Shown here piece by piece: positions 29,735-32,000 of a stretch of 32,000 bases of DNA. A program made the translations under genes and the position numbers. This DNA is from Candidatus Kuenenia sp. Lineage in GTDB: Bacteria; Planctomycetota; Brocadiia; Brocadiales; Brocadiaceae. How positions within the stretch are numbered: the stretch's first letter is position 1; each line of letters begins with the position of its first letter. The notes below the pieces were generated by a model. The model was given only the letters and a program-made list of their open reading frames with translations. It did no database searches and was not told the DNA's origin. The stretch lies in NCBI RefSeq assembly GCF_039794105.1, contig NZ_JBDIWA010000009.1, positions 342-32,341 of the forward strand. The letters are read 5' to 3'.

Positions 29735-29750
29735 AGGCACAACGATTGCT
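29735..29750 (+). promoter_or_regulatory. Sigma-54 (-24/-12) promoter: AGGCAC-AACGA-TTGCT
   Basis: Matches the TGGCAC-N5-TTGCW consensus except for the first T. The invariant GG (29736-37) and GC (29748-49) are separated by exactly 10 nt. It is on the same strand as the hemerythrin gene and upstream of it, directly downstream of a sigma-54 activator gene. Confidence 0.6.
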
Positions 29751-30033
29751 AGCGAAGTTCTAAGGTAGTTTGATATGTGTTGCGTCTTTGTTCCCCGCTG
29801 GTGGGGCATTAAAGCGAAGGAATAGGACTAGGATGAATGAAGCTTACCCTGTTTAGATAAATTAGTAAGCCTGAATATTTACTATGTTAATTATTTAACT
29901 GGGCAGGCGCACCCCATCAAACAAAAGTAAATACTATTGAATTGATGGGTTCACTCCGCTTCACCCATCCTACGGAATATCCAAAAAGTCGTTGGGTTTT
30001 TTAAGAGGAAATATTATTTAGGGAGATGGAGTT

Positions 30034-30441
30034 ATGCCTTTAATGACATGGAAAGATGAGTATAGTGTAAAAATTGCTGAGTTTGATGGACATCATAAGC
30101 AACTAATAGAAATGATTAATGATCTGGATGACGCTATGAGGCAGGGGAAAGGGAAGCTCGTTGTTGGTGAAATTTTAAAAAAATTAATAAATTACACAGG
30201 TTTCCATTTTGCCGCAGAAGAGAAGATATTTAAGCAACATGATTATCCGGAATATGTTGAGCACAAGGACAAACACGACAAGATGACGGCAAAGGTATTA
30301 GCGCTTCAAAATGATTACAATGCGGGAAAAGTAAGCTTAACCGTAGAGGTCTCAAAATTCCTTACCGATTGGCTAAATAAACATATTAGTGAAACGGATC
30401 AGAGGTATAGCAAACATCTGAACAGTAAAGGTATAAAATAA
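30034..30441 (+). CDS. Hemerythrin (bacteriohemerythrin-type di-iron O2-binding protein)
   Basis: 135 aa. MTWKDEYSVKIAEFDGHHKQL, HFAAEE, HKDKHD and WLNKHISETD supply the canonical His/Glu/Asp iron ligand pattern. SD GGGAGA 7 nt upstream. Confidence 0.9.
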   Translation: MPLMTWKDEYSVKIAEFDGHHKQLIEMINDLDDAMRQGKGKLVVGEILKKLINYTGFHFAAEEKIFKQHDYPEYVEHKDKHDKMTAKVLALQNDYNAGKVSLTVEVSKFLTDWLNKHISETDQRYSKHLNSKGIK

Positions 30442-30601
30442 GGGCGGATTATTTTAAGGAATTTAATGCTTTTTTGATCCATGTCTGAAGCAGGAAGGAG
30501 GTGTATTGATTAATTCAGTGCAGTATATTGTTAGTAATTCTTTGTTTGAATTTTAAGATATTTTGATAAATCTACATACTTTTTAGGAGGAGTTAATAAT
30601 T

Positions 30602-31312
30602 ATGGCTATGTCAACTGACGCATTTTTTGACAAACTGGAAGCAGAAGTTTTAAAACATCCGGCGGCTAACGACCACCCATATTTGCAAAAATTCAGAACA
30701 AAAGCGGATATGAAGGCGGTAAAATTATATGCGGAACAATACTATTGTTTTTCAAGGCATTTTTCACGGTATTTGGCTGGTGCAATTGCTATTTGTCCCG
30801 ACGAAGCAGGCAGGGCGCCTTTAATTAAGAATTTATTTGAAGAGTACGGCGGTAGAAGTGAAGAGAAAAAAGGCATGGATGCAGAACTTACCCACCCTGC
30901 AATCTTCCGCAGATTCTTAAAGGCGGCTGGCGTTAATACCGATCAGCAGGCATTGAACAATATAGTAATGCTGCCTGAGACAAAATTGTTTGTGGAAAAA
31001 TACCTGAACATTCATTATATGGATTATGTTGAAGCCTTGGGGGCATTGGGACCAGGGACTGAGTATATTGTGCCTACCATGTATCAGCCGATTCGTGAAG
31101 GCTGTAAACGCGCCGGATTAAATGATGATGCAGTGCTCTTCTTTTCTGCTCATATAGAATTAGACGTTGAGCATGCCGCAAACATCAGAAACTCTCTGGT
31201 ATTTTGCTCTAAAACAGAAGAAGAGCAGAGAAAAATAAGGAAGGGCGCTCTTGATTTCCTTGACGCAAGAACGGTATTGTGGGACGGGTTAGAGAAGGCA
31301 ACCAAATTTTAA
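30602..31312 (+). CDS. Heme-oxygenase-like fold protein (iron-containing redox enzyme family; CADD/PqqC-like putative di-iron oxidase)
   Basis: 236 aa, all-helical pattern: HPYLQKF..., NLFEEYGG, HPAIFRRFLKAAG, GPGTEY, and HIELDVEH (H-x3-D-x2-H), as in the second metal-ligand helix of CADD-type proteins. AGGAGG SD upstream. Confidence 0.65.
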   Translation: MAMSTDAFFDKLEAEVLKHPAANDHPYLQKFRTKADMKAVKLYAEQYYCFSRHFSRYLAGAIAICPDEAGRAPLIKNLFEEYGGRSEEKKGMDAELTHPAIFRRFLKAAGVNTDQQALNNIVMLPETKLFVEKYLNIHYMDYVEALGALGPGTEYIVPTMYQPIREGCKRAGLNDDAVLFFSAHIELDVEHAANIRNSLVFCSKTEEEQRKIRKGALDFLDARTVLWDGLEKATKF

Positions 31313-31384
31313 TCAAAAAATCTGCTGGTGCGCTATAACTATTCCAACCGTTAAATTTGTTAACCACAAGGAAAGGAGTATTTT

Positions 31385-32000
31385 ATGGGATCCTTGTTTA
31401 TCCCGAACAAATCAAGGGCCACAGGCACATGGACCCGTTTAGGCGATGAGGTATTGCCCCAAAGCGGTATGTGCGTTACGTGCCTGGATGGCTGCCCCGG
31501 ATATTGCGAAATTGGCAAATCCGCCTATAGGGGGCCTGAAGCGATTTATCCTGTGCCGTTTGGAGAAATTACCGCAGGGGCGCAAAAGGATTTCCCCGTT
31601 GATTTTTCTCATTTTAACATAACAGGCTCAATCACAGGACATCACCAAAAGGAATATGACCTGTTTACCAACGCCTGTATTGAAACGAAAATGGGGAGGG
31701 ACGGTGGACTAAAATTGCGTATCCCCATAATTTGTACAGGCCTTGGTTCAACAAAAATAGCCCAAACCCACTTTGAGTCTTTAGGCTCCGGCGCAGCTAT
31801 CTGCGGCACTGGCATTGTCCTCGGTGAAAATGTGGCTGCGATGGATGATGATTCAACCATAACGGACGGCAATGTTACAAACAGCCCGGAATTAGTGAGG
31901 CGTTTCAAATCGTTTAAGGATCATCAAAAGGATGGGTATGGATTTATTGCAATTCAGGCAAACCAGGAAGACTGGCGTCTTGGGGTATTACCCTACTCCC
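31385..32000 (+). CDS. Glutamate-synthase-related FMN-type oxidoreductase (GltB domain-2-like), N-terminal part; 3' end lies outside the window
   Basis: Not in the ORF track because no stop occurs before the window end. I translated 205 codons with no stop from the ATG at 31385 (AGGAG SD 6 nt upstream). It contains CVTCLDGCPGYC (CxxCxxxCxxxC) and IPIICTGLGSTKIA...LGSGAAICGTGIVLGEN, which resembles the substrate/FMN barrel of COG0069-type proteins. Confidence 0.5.
   Translation, partial: MGSLFIPNKSRATGTWTRLGDEVLPQSGMCVTCLDGCPGYCEIGKSAYRGPEAIYPVPFGEITAGAQKDFPVDFSHFNITGSITGHHQKEYDLFTNACIETKMGRDGGLKLRIPIICTGLGSTKIAQTHFESLGSGAAICGTGIVLGENVAAMDDDSTITDGNVTNSPELVRRFKSFKDHQKDGYGFIAIQANQEDWRLGVLPYS

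Noticed and set aside
29775-29825. 16-codon mini-ORF MCCVFVPRWWGIKAKE in the hemerythrin leader, considered as a possible leader peptide
   Set aside because: It has only a weak AAGG 9 nt upstream. It ends about 90 nt before the alternative-stem region, so classical ribosome-mediated attenuation geometry is not met. It cannot be supported from sequence alone.
30506-30556. TTG-initiated 16-codon mini-ORF after a strong AGGAAGGAGG between the hemerythrin and HO-like genes
   Set aside because: The SD-to-start spacing is very short (about 5 nt to a TTG) and the peptide has no features. The purine-rich run may be incidental.

Overview
The window is low-GC (about 40% by eye) bacterial chromosome, mostly a minus-strand housekeeping block. 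In map order that block holds tRNA-Leu, an M48 protease, metG, a PSP1/RicT-like gene, fcl, cysC, glmS, lpxD, fabF, acpP, fabD, fabH, plsX, rpmF, alaS, recA, thpR and gltX. The 5' end holds the C-terminal part of an RND efflux permease and a TolC-like outer-membrane factor. Between them sits a 1,068-bp element bounded by inverted repeats that carries an internally deleted IS66-like transposase. The most interesting region is the 3' end (27.1-32.0 kb). It holds a soluble NtrB-like histidine kinase with a Cys-rich PAS domain and an NtrC-type sigma-54 activator. Next come two 17-bp palindromes, a good -24/-12 sigma-54 promoter and a long structured leader. A same-strand gene set follows: a hemerythrin, a heme-oxygenase-like (CADD/PqqC-type) putative di-iron protein, and a glutamate-synthase-related FMN protein with an N-terminal CxxCxxxCxxxC motif (cut by the window end). 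I propose this as an uncharacterised O2/redox- or nitrogen-responsive module, but the link between regulators and targets is inference only. Several intergenic regions carry a mosaic family of short dispersed repeats, two 5x7-bp heptamer arrays and long perfect hairpins; these also create spurious ORFs and a false N-terminal extension of gltX. No CRISPR array or rRNA was seen. I cannot establish the lineage from the sequence alone; low GC, abundant hemerythrin/IS66-type content and this repeat style weakly suggest an anaerobic environmental lineage such as Planctomycetota.
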